64,000 bases of DNA from Candidatus Poseidoniaceae archaeon (GTDB taxonomy: Archaea > Thermoplasmatota > Poseidoniia > Poseidoniales > Poseidoniaceae). The stretch's first letter is position 1; each line of letters opens with the position of its first letter. The stretch is taken from the NCBI GenBank assembly GCA_965659685.1, contig CBFHXB010000002.1:71903-135902 (forward strand). The letters run 5' to 3'. Under the pieces are notes generated by a model. The model saw only the letters and a list, made by a program, of their open reading frames with translations, did no database searches and was not told the DNA's origin. The position numbers and the translations under genes are program-made. Of this stretch, positions 33,861-42,248 are shown piece by piece.

Positions 33861-35282
33861 ATGTTCACAACGACGCGATTCAACGCATGGGACCTTCCCG
33901 ACACCGTCCAAGCCCCCATCGAAGGCCATGGGAGGGAGTTTGCCACCGAAGTTCAACGCGACACCATTCCTCGTGCTCGCCTTGGGCGTGACGTGATTGG
34001 GCAAGCCCGAACCGGGTCCGGAAAAACCGCGGCATTTGGCCTTCCGATGATCGAGCGTGCCACACCCGGTGCCGGTCTCCAAGCCTTGGTCCTCGCCCCC
34101 ACCCGGGAACTTGCGGTGCAGGTCGCCGAAGAGCTCGATTCCCTTCAGGGCAAAACGGGGCTTCGCATGCAAACCGTGTACGGTGGTACGGACATCGAAA
34201 AGCAAGCCAAGCAACTCGACGCTGGCGTTGACGTCATCGTCGGCACACCGGGCCGTGTCATGGACATGTCCGAACGTGGGCACATCGACTTGACCAAGCC
34301 GGGGATGTTCATCCTCGACGAAGCAGACCGCATGCTCGACATGGGTTTCTTCCCCGACATCCTTTGGGTGTTGGAGCGGATGACCGCCCGTGAGCAAACC
34401 CTGCTCTTCTCGGCCACCTTCCCTCAAGAGATCGTCAACGCCGCTTCCGAGTTCATGCGCGACCCTGAATTCGTGCAGGCCAACGAAGACGAAATCGATC
34501 TGCCGGACGTGCGCATGCTGCTCGTCCACGTGGGTCGTTCCAACAAACTCTGGGCCACGGCCCGCGTGTTGGCCCACCTCGAAGAGGACGGTCAAGCCAT
34601 CATCTTCGCTAACACGAAGCGCATGGTTGACCTTCTTGTGACCCGGCTCGCCAAGGCCAAATTCGACGTCGAAGGCCTCCACGGCGACCTCTCGCAAAAC
34701 CAGCGTGAGCGCATCCTTGGTCGCTTCCGAGATGGCGACGTTCGCATCATCGTCGCGACCGACGTCGCTGCACGTGGCATTGACGTGGACACCGTGACGC
34801 GCGTGATCAACTACGACGTGCCCAACGACATGGACGCCTTCATTCACCGCATTGGACGCACGGGTCGCATCGGTCGATCCGGAGAGGCATGGACCTTGGT
34901 GGACCGTACCTCCGGGCAACAGATGCAAAACATCGTGGCCACGTACGACCTTCCCGTCGAAGACGCGGACGCTCCGGACCTTCCCGAAGGCATGGAGCGC
35001 GACCCTGTTCAATTTCGAGAGGACCTTTCCGACGCCGCCGACCCCTTCGGCTTCGTCACCCTTCGGGTCAGCATCCCCTCCGCAGAAGGACTGTCCAAGG
35101 CCGCCCTCACCGATTGGCTCGTGGCCACGTTGTCGTGTGACCCGCTGGCCGTCGGAAGCATCGTCCAAGCTGAGGCCCACCTCGACCTTGGCATGCACAG
35201 CAGCGTTGCGGCCAAGGCCATGAAGGCGCTCAGCAAGGAAGGCGTGGCGGGTTTGACCCGAACGGCTGAACTGGTGCTCTGA
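33861..35282 (+). CDS. DEAD-box ATP-dependent RNA helicase with DbpA-like C-terminal domain
   Basis: Motifs TGSGKTAAFGLP, PTRELA, TPGR, DEAD, SAT and HRIGRTGR are present. GGAGG lies 9 nt upstream of the ATG. Confidence 0.9.
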   Translation: MFTTTRFNAWDLPDTVQAPIEGHGREFATEVQRDTIPRARLGRDVIGQARTGSGKTAAFGLPMIERATPGAGLQALVLAPTRELAVQVAEELDSLQGKTGLRMQTVYGGTDIEKQAKQLDAGVDVIVGTPGRVMDMSERGHIDLTKPGMFILDEADRMLDMGFFPDILWVLERMTAREQTLLFSATFPQEIVNAASEFMRDPEFVQANEDEIDLPDVRMLLVHVGRSNKLWATARVLAHLEEDGQAIIFANTKRMVDLLVTRLAKAKFDVEGLHGDLSQNQRERILGRFRDGDVRIIVATDVAARGIDVDTVTRVINYDVPNDMDAFIHRIGRTGRIGRSGEAWTLVDRTSGQQMQNIVATYDLPVEDADAPDLPEGMERDPVQFREDLSDAADPFGFVTLRVSIPSAEGLSKAALTDWLVATLSCDPLAVGSIVQAEAHLDLGMHSSVAAKAMKALSKEGVAGLTRTAELVL

Positions 35283-35285
35283 GGT

Positions 35286-36281
35286 TCATTCCTCTTCACG
35301 TACGGCCTCACGCAAGGCCTGACGTTCGTCCTCATCGAGCATGCTTGGCCAGCGTCCGTCGGCGAGCGGTCGCTCGAAGATCAACGCACTTACCGCGAAA
35401 CTGAGCAAGCCGAGGCTGGCCACCGACCACGCGCCGTCAATGGCATCGTTCCAGGTGTTTTCTGCGTCTGCACAACGTTGGCTGATCAGTTCGCTGAAGG
35501 CACACATTTCCGCGGTCGCACGTGCCTCAAGGGCGACCGGATCGTTGCGGACCATGTAGGTCGCCGTCAAGAAGAGGATCAAGGCCAACGCGACGCCCAT
35601 CACGGGTTGCTTCCATGCAGGGCGATGCTCGGACCACGTCCAGGCCTTGCGGGGCGTGATGCGCCATCGGTCGCTGCCGGCCATGCTGCGGTCCTTCACC
35701 CGGCGAGGTCCCCCCACCCACGTGAACCATGCCAACCACAAGCCGATGAGGACCACAAGGAAGCCCCATTCGTACACGTTGCGGTGAAAGGCCCACATGT
35801 CGTTCAGGCACGCCGGATCGTTGGGTGCTTCCAAGCATCCACCAAGTGCGATGGGATAGAACGCGACCAAACGGGTGAGGTTGAGGATGAAAACCAACGC
35901 ACATCCGACGGCCACGGCGCGAAGCCGATCCCGCTGAGGCACGTCGTCGGTGATGAGGATGAGGGTGGAGAGGAAAATCATCTCGTGCACACCCGCGCAT
36001 TCGTCTGAGACGTAGAGGCCGACGCTGTCGAAAGCACCAGGGAAACTGCTGTGATGGAAATCGATGCGCGTCGTCCAACCGTTGTGTTGGCTCAGGCTGA
36101 CCGCGTCCGCGCCCCAAATCCACTCCGTGATGCCGTGCCACAACCACGCCTCCACCACCTGCAAGGGTGCCAGGGTGTCCGAAGGCTCGGTCAGGAACCA
36201 GTAGAACGCCTCGACAAGAAGCAAAGCGAGCGGATACTTGCCATACCGCAGGCCAAGCGCTGCCACCTCGGACCAGGACAT
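35286..36281 (-). CDS. Exosortase/archaeosortase-family membrane protein (putative)
   Basis: A polytopic protein with the family's Cys/Arg/His triad in the expected order and context: YVSDECAGVHEM, FILNLTRLV (NxxR) and WAFHRNVYEWGF. The ATG at 36281 was chosen because the longer ORF runs antisense through the TusA-like gene. Confidence 0.55.
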   Translation of the reverse strand: MSWSEVAALGLRYGKYPLALLLVEAFYWFLTEPSDTLAPLQVVEAWLWHGITEWIWGADAVSLSQHNGWTTRIDFHHSSFPGAFDSVGLYVSDECAGVHEMIFLSTLILITDDVPQRDRLRAVAVGCALVFILNLTRLVAFYPIALGGCLEAPNDPACLNDMWAFHRNVYEWGFLVVLIGLWLAWFTWVGGPRRVKDRSMAGSDRWRITPRKAWTWSEHRPAWKQPVMGVALALILFLTATYMVRNDPVALEARATAEMCAFSELISQRCADAENTWNDAIDGAWSVASLGLLSFAVSALIFERPLADGRWPSMLDEDERQALREAVREEE

Positions 36282-36386
36282 GTCGTCCTCGGCCTTCGCC
36301 GTCGCTGCCACAGCCCCACCTTTCGCTGCTGCCTCATAGGGGCGTCGGTCGCAATGCTTCAAGGCACCCCGGCCCTCCGGTCCACC

Positions 36387-36638
36387 ATGGAAGGCGGGGT
36401 GCAAGCGCTCGCCCCCAGCCACCGTCTGGACGTCAGAGGTTACCGGTGCCCGATCCCGGTGGGCGAGACCCGTCAGGCCTTGGCTGACTTGGAGCCGGGC
36501 AACGTTTTGGAAGTCAGGTTCGACGACCCTGAGGCGTTGGAAGACCTTCCTCCAATGCTGGCTCGACACGGCCACCGCATGCTTTCGGTGGAAGAGGTTG
36601 CAGGTGACTGGCGCATGTGCATCGAGGTGGTCAAGTGA
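36387..36638 (+). CDS. TusA/SirA-like sulfur-carrier protein
   Basis: LDVRGYRCPIPVGETRQALADLEPGNVLEVRFDDPEALEDLPPM carries the CPxP motif and the TusA-fold pattern. Confidence 0.7.
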   Translation: MEGGVQALAPSHRLDVRGYRCPIPVGETRQALADLEPGNVLEVRFDDPEALEDLPPMLARHGHRMLSVEEVAGDWRMCIEVVK

Positions 36639-37237
36639 GCACCGACGACGTCCCAAGCGTGGCCACCTTGCCCACGCCGTACGGTGCGTTTCGCATCGAG
36701 GTGGTCAAGGACGAAGGCGGATTGGAACACGTCGCCCTTTCGATGGGCGATTTGAGCGGTCCCGACCCGGTGCTGGTGCGGCTCCATTCAGAATGTTTGA
36801 CCGGCGATGCTTTTGGTTCGCTGCGTTGCGACTGTGGCCCACAACTCAACGCCGCCCTCGCGGCGGTGGCCCAACGAGGATGGGGCTGCGTGTTGTACCT
36901 CCGCCAGGAAGGTCGAGGCATCGGGCTCCACGCCAAAATTCAGGCCTACCATCTGCAAGACCAAGGTGCAGACACCCTTGATGCGAACCTGATGCTTGGG
37001 CACCCGGCCGACGGACGGGATTACACCATGGCCGCGAAGATGCTGACTTCCCTCGGCGTCGGTCAGGTTTCGTTGCTGACCAACAACCCCGACAAGGTCG
37101 AACAACTGCGTTCCTATGGCATTGATGTGGTCGAACGGATCCCCCTCGTCGCTGGCGTTGGCGAGGACAACAGGGACTACCTCCGTACCAAGGCAGAGCG
37201 CATGGGTCACGAACTTGAGGGCGACGATCTCGCCTGA
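36617..37237 (+). CDS. ribA: GTP cyclohydrolase II
   Basis: LVRLHSECLTGDAFGSLRCDCGPQL, YLRQEGRGIGL and LLTNNP are present. Start is either the GTG at 36617 or the GTG at 36635, which overlaps the TusA-like stop as GTGA. Confidence 0.85.
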   Translation: MHRGGQVSTDDVPSVATLPTPYGAFRIEVVKDEGGLEHVALSMGDLSGPDPVLVRLHSECLTGDAFGSLRCDCGPQLNAALAAVAQRGWGCVLYLRQEGRGIGLHAKIQAYHLQDQGADTLDANLMLGHPADGRDYTMAAKMLTSLGVGQVSLLTNNPDKVEQLRSYGIDVVERIPLVAGVGEDNRDYLRTKAERMGHELEGDDLA

Positions 37238-37328
37238 ACGTCTGACAGCCGGGTCACCTTTCAGTCGGGGTGCAATTTCACCGCAACGACCTTGATGAAA
37301 CCGCCCGTGGGGAGGGCAAGGGTCGCAC

Positions 37329-37814
37329 ATGGACATTGAGACCGCAGCAAACATTGGCGAAGCCGTGAGCGGCATCGCCATTTTGTTCACCCTGCTGTTC
37401 AGCCTGCGGCAGGTCAAGTTCTGGAACGAGAACCGTCGCTATGAGATCGGTCGTGACCTGGCGGCTCACCTCAACAATCCGATGATCCACCGTGGTTTTG
37501 CCGTCACCACGAACAAACTTCACGAGGAATTGAGCCTTGAGGAATTGGTGGGGCTGACCCGTGAAGAAAAGGACGCCATGAACGCCACGATGATTGGCAT
37601 GAACAACATCGGTCTTCTCGCCAAGCACGGTCACCTTTCGCTGGATTTGGTCGAAGCTTTTTGCGGCTATTACGTTCGGATCTTTGGGCCACGATGGCGC
37701 CGTGCCGTTGAGGTTCATGCCCAAGCCATGCAGCAAGTTGAATCGGTCAGCACCGTATGGAATGGGCTGTACTGGTTGATGGACACCCTCGAAGGTGACC
37801 GTGACGAACCCTGA
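37329..37814 (+). CDS. Hypothetical N-terminally anchored protein (161 aa)
   Basis: One N-terminal TM helix (AVSGIAILFTLLFSL) precedes a helical soluble domain. GC looks somewhat lower than the neighbours by eye. No family is confidently recognised. Confidence 0.55.
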   Translation: MDIETAANIGEAVSGIAILFTLLFSLRQVKFWNENRRYEIGRDLAAHLNNPMIHRGFAVTTNKLHEELSLEELVGLTREEKDAMNATMIGMNNIGLLAKHGHLSLDLVEAFCGYYVRIFGPRWRRAVEVHAQAMQQVESVSTVWNGLYWLMDTLEGDRDEP

Positions 37815-37885
37815 CACGCTGAATGAGCGGCCCCCCACGGCTCGTGCGTGGTGAAGGCTAAACCTCGCGTGCTGGACCTGCGGGC

Positions 37886-38515
37886 ATGGAGGTGGAGCTC
37901 GTCCTCGCGCTGGCCGCGGCCGGCACGATGCTGGGCGTCGTGGAGGGCCTGAAGCCCGGTCCTCTGATGACCATGGTCGTCCGCGAAACGCTCTCCGGTG
38001 GACTGAAGGCGGGCATGTGGACGGCCGCAGCCCCGATCTTCACCGACGGGCCGCTCATCCTCCTCAGCGTTCTGGTCGCCGCCTCGGTGGCCAACAGCCC
38101 GTACCTGCTGCTCGCCATCACGGTGGCGGGGGCGCTTTTCCTGGCCAAGATGGGCATCGATTGCTTCACCCTTGATCCGCCGGACTTCAATGCTGAGCCC
38201 GGCGCTCCTTCAGGCTCGCTGCTTCGTGGCGTCATCACCAATTTGCTGAACCCGAACGCCTACGTGTTTTGGTTCCTGATCGGTGGGCCTCTGATGGCCT
38301 CGGTGGTGCAGGAGGAATGGCTGGCACCGGTGGCCTACGCCCTGTCTTTCCTGCTGACGCTGATGCTGACCAAGGCCGTCGTCGCCTATGCGGTGCACAA
38401 GGCGAGCAACGGCATCTCCGAGACCGTCTACAAGCGCCTGCTTGCCGGATGCGGCGTGGTGATGCTCGGCTTCTCGGCCTTCTACGTCCGTGCAGCCTGG
38501 CAACTCCTCAACTGA
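37886..38515 (+). CDS. LysE/RhtB-family amino-acid exporter
   Basis: About six TM helices with the N-terminal GLKPGPLMTMVV motif typical of LysE translocators. Confidence 0.8.
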   Translation: MEVELVLALAAAGTMLGVVEGLKPGPLMTMVVRETLSGGLKAGMWTAAAPIFTDGPLILLSVLVAASVANSPYLLLAITVAGALFLAKMGIDCFTLDPPDFNAEPGAPSGSLLRGVITNLLNPNAYVFWFLIGGPLMASVVQEEWLAPVAYALSFLLTLMLTKAVVAYAVHKASNGISETVYKRLLAGCGVVMLGFSAFYVRAAWQLLN

Positions 38516-38639
38516 AGCAGTTCCATCACCTCAAACTTCCCGGAATGTGCGTGATCGCGCCGGGCCAACGAGGTGACCAGCAAAAATCGATTCACCTCGT
38601 GGCGAAGCGCGAGCACGCTAGCAGCTGAGAGAAGCAGAG

Positions 38640-38712
38640 TGCTCGCGCCGGGATTTGAACCCGGGTCAAAGGAATGAGAATCCTTTATGATGGGCCACTA
38701 CACCACGCAAGC
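38640..38712 (-). tRNA. tRNA-Glu (anticodon CUC), no encoded CCA
   Basis: Reverse complement: GCTTGCGTGGTGTAGTGGCCCATCATAAAGGATTCTCATTCCTTTGACCCGGGTTCAAATCCCGGCGCGAGCA. The anticodon loop is TTCTCAT. Confidence 0.9.
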
Positions 38713-38738
38713 AGGCATTTTCGCCGAACGTCCTCCCG

Positions 38739-38744
38739 TATTTA
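38739..38744 (-). promoter_or_regulatory. TATA box (TAAATA) for tRNA-Glu
   Basis: The minus strand reads GCGCTAAATACGGGAGG and ends 26 nt upstream of tRNA position 1. It shares TAAATACGGG with the tRNA-Lys promoter. Confidence 0.5.
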
Positions 38745-38874
38745 GCGCTAACCGACGGGTCGAAAGTGAACGCCGTACGTTGAACTGAAATCGATGCAGT
38801 GTCGTGGTCTTCACTTCACTTTCAGCGACCTCTCCCAATCGCCGCCTCATATGCGACCGGCGTGAGCGGTCATC

Positions 38875-39123
38875 ATGGCCCACGCCCCCATCCCCCCGAC
38901 CTTCGCGTCCATGCACACCCTGCATGCCCCCGCCCAACGCTCGCCGTGGACGGACGATCACCACAGCCCCCTTGCACACGCTTCTGGCCGGCTCCCCGTT
39001 CGAAGCCAGGACGCCGATTGGCGCCCCCTTCACCTCATGGAGCGGCCCGTCCGACCCCTGTCGCGCAGCCTCCAAGGTTTGCAAGCCAGGGCCAACGCCC
39101 TTCCGGTTCGGGGGGTGGCTTGA
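38875..39123 (+). CDS. Possible 82-aa hypothetical protein
   Basis: Its third-position GC is the strongest of the frames in an otherwise unassigned 410-bp stretch. Its stop overlaps the next ATG (TGATG). No motifs were found and it is Pro/His/Arg-rich, so confidence is low. Confidence 0.25.
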   Translation: MAHAPIPPTFASMHTLHAPAQRSPWTDDHHSPLAHASGRLPVRSQDADWRPLHLMERPVRPLSRSLQGLQARANALPVRGVA

Positions 39124-39362
39124 TGGGTCGCACGCAACGCCTTCGTGAAGCCATTCACTGCTACCTCGGCGAGCACGGTGAAGCCAACACGACGATGATT
39201 CTCGATCACATCAACAGCCGCTTCCGCTGGGGTGCCACCATGAACCAAATCGGGAACGTGCTCGCACGTGACCGGCGCTTTGAGAAGGTCGGTTTCGATG
39301 ATCGAAGCGCAACCGGTGGCTTCCGCATTCGCGTCTGCATTTGGTCCATCGCCGCCTCCTGA
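39123..39362 (+). CDS. Hypothetical 79-aa protein (possibly winged-helix-like)
   Basis: MGRTQRLREAIHCYLGEHGEANTTMILDHINSRFRWGATMNQIGNVLARDRRFEKVGF... The upstream part of the track ORF (from 38799) is Pro-rich filler. Confidence 0.5.
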   Translation: MGRTQRLREAIHCYLGEHGEANTTMILDHINSRFRWGATMNQIGNVLARDRRFEKVGFDDRSATGGFRIRVCIWSIAAS

Positions 39363-39401
39363 GGGGCAAAGGTCCTTGGCGCGTTCGCCGGGCTTCGGTG
39401 C

Positions 39402-40286
39402 ATGGCAGGCCGTGCTGGAGCGTTGCTCGAGCTGACCAGGCCCACCAACTTGGTCCTCGGTGCGGCCACGGTTCCACTGGGGGCCACCATGGTCTTGGGA
39501 GAGGCCTGGACCTCTGAGTCGATCACGGTCACGGCCCTCTACGCCACCAGCGTGGTGGCCTTCATGGCCGCAGGGAACGCGATGAATGACCTTCGCGACG
39601 TCGAGGTGGACCGTGTGGTTCACCCGCACCGGCCCCTGCCCAGCGGTCGCGTTTCACGGCCGGTGGCCGCACGCTTCACGGCAGGATTGTGGCTGCTCTC
39701 GTTGCTGACCTTGGTCCTCGGTACCGCTGGGTTGGCCACAGGAATGCCGGACGCTCCGATGCTGGCGCCCGTCGTCATCTGGGTGCTCGCGGCCGTGCTG
39801 ATGATGACCTACGACCACGGCCCGGCCCTGAAGGACCGAGGCCTGAGCGGCAACCTCGCCATCTCCGTGCTGGTGGGTGCTGTCGTGCTGTTCGGGGCCG
39901 CTGGCGTTGGGTCTTGGGCCCATCCTGTCGCCTTGGCGGCCGCTGCGGTGGCGGCCTTGGTCAACCTCGCACGGGAGATCGTCAAGGACGTCCATGATCT
40001 GGAGGGCGACGAAGGGCACCGCTCCACCTTGCCGATGGTCATTGGGGCCGAGCGTGCTCGGATGGTCGCCTACGTCTGTGCCTTGCTCGGACTCGTTGTG
40101 CTCTACCTTCCGTACTGGCGTGGCCCGTTGGCCTTCTCCCAAATCTTGCTTCAGGCCCCGGCCATCTTGCTCATCATCACGACGAACGGTCCGCTTTACC
40201 AGGGCCAAGATGCCGTGGTGGCCAGCAGGTTCCGGCTTGGGATGTTGGCCGGTCTCTTCGGATTCCTGGGCAGCGTGCTGCTTTGA
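39402..40286 (+). CDS. UbiA-family prenyltransferase, digeranylgeranylglyceryl-phosphate synthase-like
   Basis: NAMNDLRDVEVDRVVHPHRPLPSG carries NxxxDxxxD, and there is a second Asp-rich motif, KDVHDLEGD. The protein has about eight TM helices. Confidence 0.8.
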   Translation: MAGRAGALLELTRPTNLVLGAATVPLGATMVLGEAWTSESITVTALYATSVVAFMAAGNAMNDLRDVEVDRVVHPHRPLPSGRVSRPVAARFTAGLWLLSLLTLVLGTAGLATGMPDAPMLAPVVIWVLAAVLMMTYDHGPALKDRGLSGNLAISVLVGAVVLFGAAGVGSWAHPVALAAAAVAALVNLAREIVKDVHDLEGDEGHRSTLPMVIGAERARMVAYVCALLGLVVLYLPYWRGPLAFSQILLQAPAILLIITTNGPLYQGQDAVVASRFRLGMLAGLFGFLGSVLL

Positions 40287-41276
40287 TCAGGATTCGAGTC
40301 CCATGAACTCGCCCATGGCTTCCCAAGCAACGGGATTGACCATGCGTGCCATGATCGACATTTGTGCCCACATTCGGTTTTCGGCTTGGTCGAAGACGAT
40401 GGATTGGTCATGGTCCATGACCCCATCCGTGACCTCCTCGCCGCGGTGGGCCGGGAGGCAGTGCATGAAGCGCCACGCTTCGTCCGCGTGAGCCACAAGG
40501 TCCTCGTTGACCTGGAATCCATCGAAATCGTTCATCTTCCCATCGAGGTGTTCTTCGCCCATCGACACGAACACGTCGGTGTAGATGACGTGGGAGCCGC
40601 TGACGGCTTCCACCGGGTCGTTCGTTGCCGTGATGGTTGCTCCTGTTTCCTCAGCGATGGCATGGGCCCGGGCCACCACGTCCTCGTCCGGTTCGTACCC
40701 CTTTGGTACGGCGTAGGCCACGTCGTGGCCAAGCATGACCGAAGCCAGCATCAGGTCATGCAGCACGTTGTTGCCGTCGCCGACCCAACTGACGCGGAGT
40801 TTCTCGTCGGTGTCGAAGGCTTCCATGACGGTCATGAGGTCCGCAGCGGCTTGGCAGGGATGATGCTTGTCGGAAAGCGCGTTGATCACCGGCACGTCAG
40901 CGCTCCGGGCCAGTTCAGTCACGTCCGCGTGGGCGTAGCAGCGGTAGGTGATGGCGCCCAAGAATCGGGAGAGCACTTTGGCGGTGTCCGCCACGGTTTC
41001 GCTTGTACCAAGTTGGATGTCGTTCTTCAAGAGGGTGAGTGGATTTCCACCCAACCGGTCGATGCCGACTTCAAAGGAGACGCGTGTTCGGGTGCTGGGC
41101 TTCTCGTAGATGCAGCCTACCGTCAGCGTGTCCAAGGGCATGAAGTTCAGGACGACTTCGTCGCCGGTCTTCCACAAACGCTTGAACTCGATGGCCCACC
41201 GCAGCACGGCTTCAAGGTCTTCTCCAAGGTCATCGATGGCGAGCAGAGCATCGGTCATGTCCCGCTTGGGCCTCAT
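40287..41276 (-). CDS. argF: Ornithine carbamoyltransferase
   Basis: Motifs STRTRVSFE, SDKHHPCQAAADL, DVFVSMGEE and HCLPAHRGEEV are present. Confidence 0.85.
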   Translation of the reverse strand: MRPKRDMTDALLAIDDLGEDLEAVLRWAIEFKRLWKTGDEVVLNFMPLDTLTVGCIYEKPSTRTRVSFEVGIDRLGGNPLTLLKNDIQLGTSETVADTAKVLSRFLGAITYRCYAHADVTELARSADVPVINALSDKHHPCQAAADLMTVMEAFDTDEKLRVSWVGDGNNVLHDLMLASVMLGHDVAYAVPKGYEPDEDVVARAHAIAEETGATITATNDPVEAVSGSHVIYTDVFVSMGEEHLDGKMNDFDGFQVNEDLVAHADEAWRFMHCLPAHRGEEVTDGVMDHDQSIVFDQAENRMWAQMSIMARMVNPVAWEAMGEFMGLES

Positions 41277-41295
41277 GCGGCCCTTGAGCGTTGCT

Positions 41296-42120
41296 TCAGT
41301 TACGCTCGTGCTCGATGTCGGGTGCGAAGCCGTCGCGGGCGTCGCTCATGCCGCCGTACATGGCCTGCACAAAGGTGAGGATGTCGGCAAGACCTTCTTC
41401 AAGTTCCGACGACAATGGGGTCAGGCCAGGAGCTTGCGAAAAGGACTGCATCAAGCGGAGCTGGTTGATGGCGAATTCCGTGCGCTGACCGCCGGCTTCG
41501 TCAAACAAGGCTTGCTCGAGGATCTCAAGACGCTCGGACCACTCGAGGACGCGTTCCAGCTCTTCCTCATCAAGCAGGTCGCTCTTGGAGAGGAAGTTCT
41601 TGGTCGGAAGGCCCAATCGGAATTCAACGATCGACGACAGCAGCATTTGACTGACGAAACCGCTCGGGGACCGTGACAACATCGGGTCGAAGAGGTAGAT
41701 GATGGCGGCTTGTTCGCGCCCCAGCACGTCGATGAGGTGGCTGCTGGCTTCACGGAAGGCAAAGAGTTCGACTTGCCCGGGGGTGTCGACAATCATCAGT
41801 TCGCCCGAGAGCGTGTGCAGTTGCTCCGCAACGTCACCCGCTTGGGCAGCGAGGAGGTCGGCGGCCAAGATTTGGGCGCCGTTGGGTCCAAGGTCGTATT
41901 CGTCCATGACCTCGGTGAGGGAGATCATGTCACGGACGTCGAATTCGGCGTCGTAGTGCACCCGTTCGGCCCCTGGGTCGAGGTTGACGGCAAGAACTTC
42001 GGTTTCGAGGAACCGTGACCAGCGTTGGAACGCCGTCACCAGCGAGGATTTTCCGGCACCGGCAGTGCCCACCACGAAGACAACAGGGGGAGTGCTTGAG
42101 TCGCCGCCGGCCATGGTCAT
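41296..42120 (-). CDS. GPN-loop GTPase
   Basis: P-loop GTAGAGKSS, NLDPGAE and the eponymous GPNGA loop are present. Confidence 0.85.
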   Translation of the reverse strand: MTMAGGDSSTPPVVFVVGTAGAGKSSLVTAFQRWSRFLETEVLAVNLDPGAERVHYDAEFDVRDMISLTEVMDEYDLGPNGAQILAADLLAAQAGDVAEQLHTLSGELMIVDTPGQVELFAFREASSHLIDVLGREQAAIIYLFDPMLSRSPSGFVSQMLLSSIVEFRLGLPTKNFLSKSDLLDEEELERVLEWSERLEILEQALFDEAGGQRTEFAINQLRLMQSFSQAPGLTPLSSELEEGLADILTFVQAMYGGMSDARDGFAPDIEHERN

Positions 42121-42248
42121 CGGCGGTTATGGCCCTTCTTCAACGCGACGGAGCCAGAACGCCACCTTCCGCGCTGAAGTGGGGAACGGTTATGTGCTCA
42201 TCAGCGATGCAAACGTTGCCGCCTTACGGCTCTTCAGGAGGAAGAAGC

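Noticed and set aside
33777-35198. 473-aa minus-strand ORF
   Set aside because: It is an exact antisense mirror of the DEAD-box helicase, in which all helicase motifs are present on the plus strand.
38640-39362. Integrated mobile element at tRNA-Glu (and likewise at tRNA-His, 51273-53315)
   Set aside because: There is no integrase, transposase or direct repeat of the tRNA 3' half. The flanking genes are core metabolic or envelope genes. The 10-bp GGCCGTGGCC near 51371 is merely complementary to the palindromic tRNA-His acceptor sequence.
40362-41378. 338-aa plus-strand ORF
   Set aside because: It is antisense to argF, which has the STRTR, HPxQ, SMG and HCLP motifs on the minus strand.
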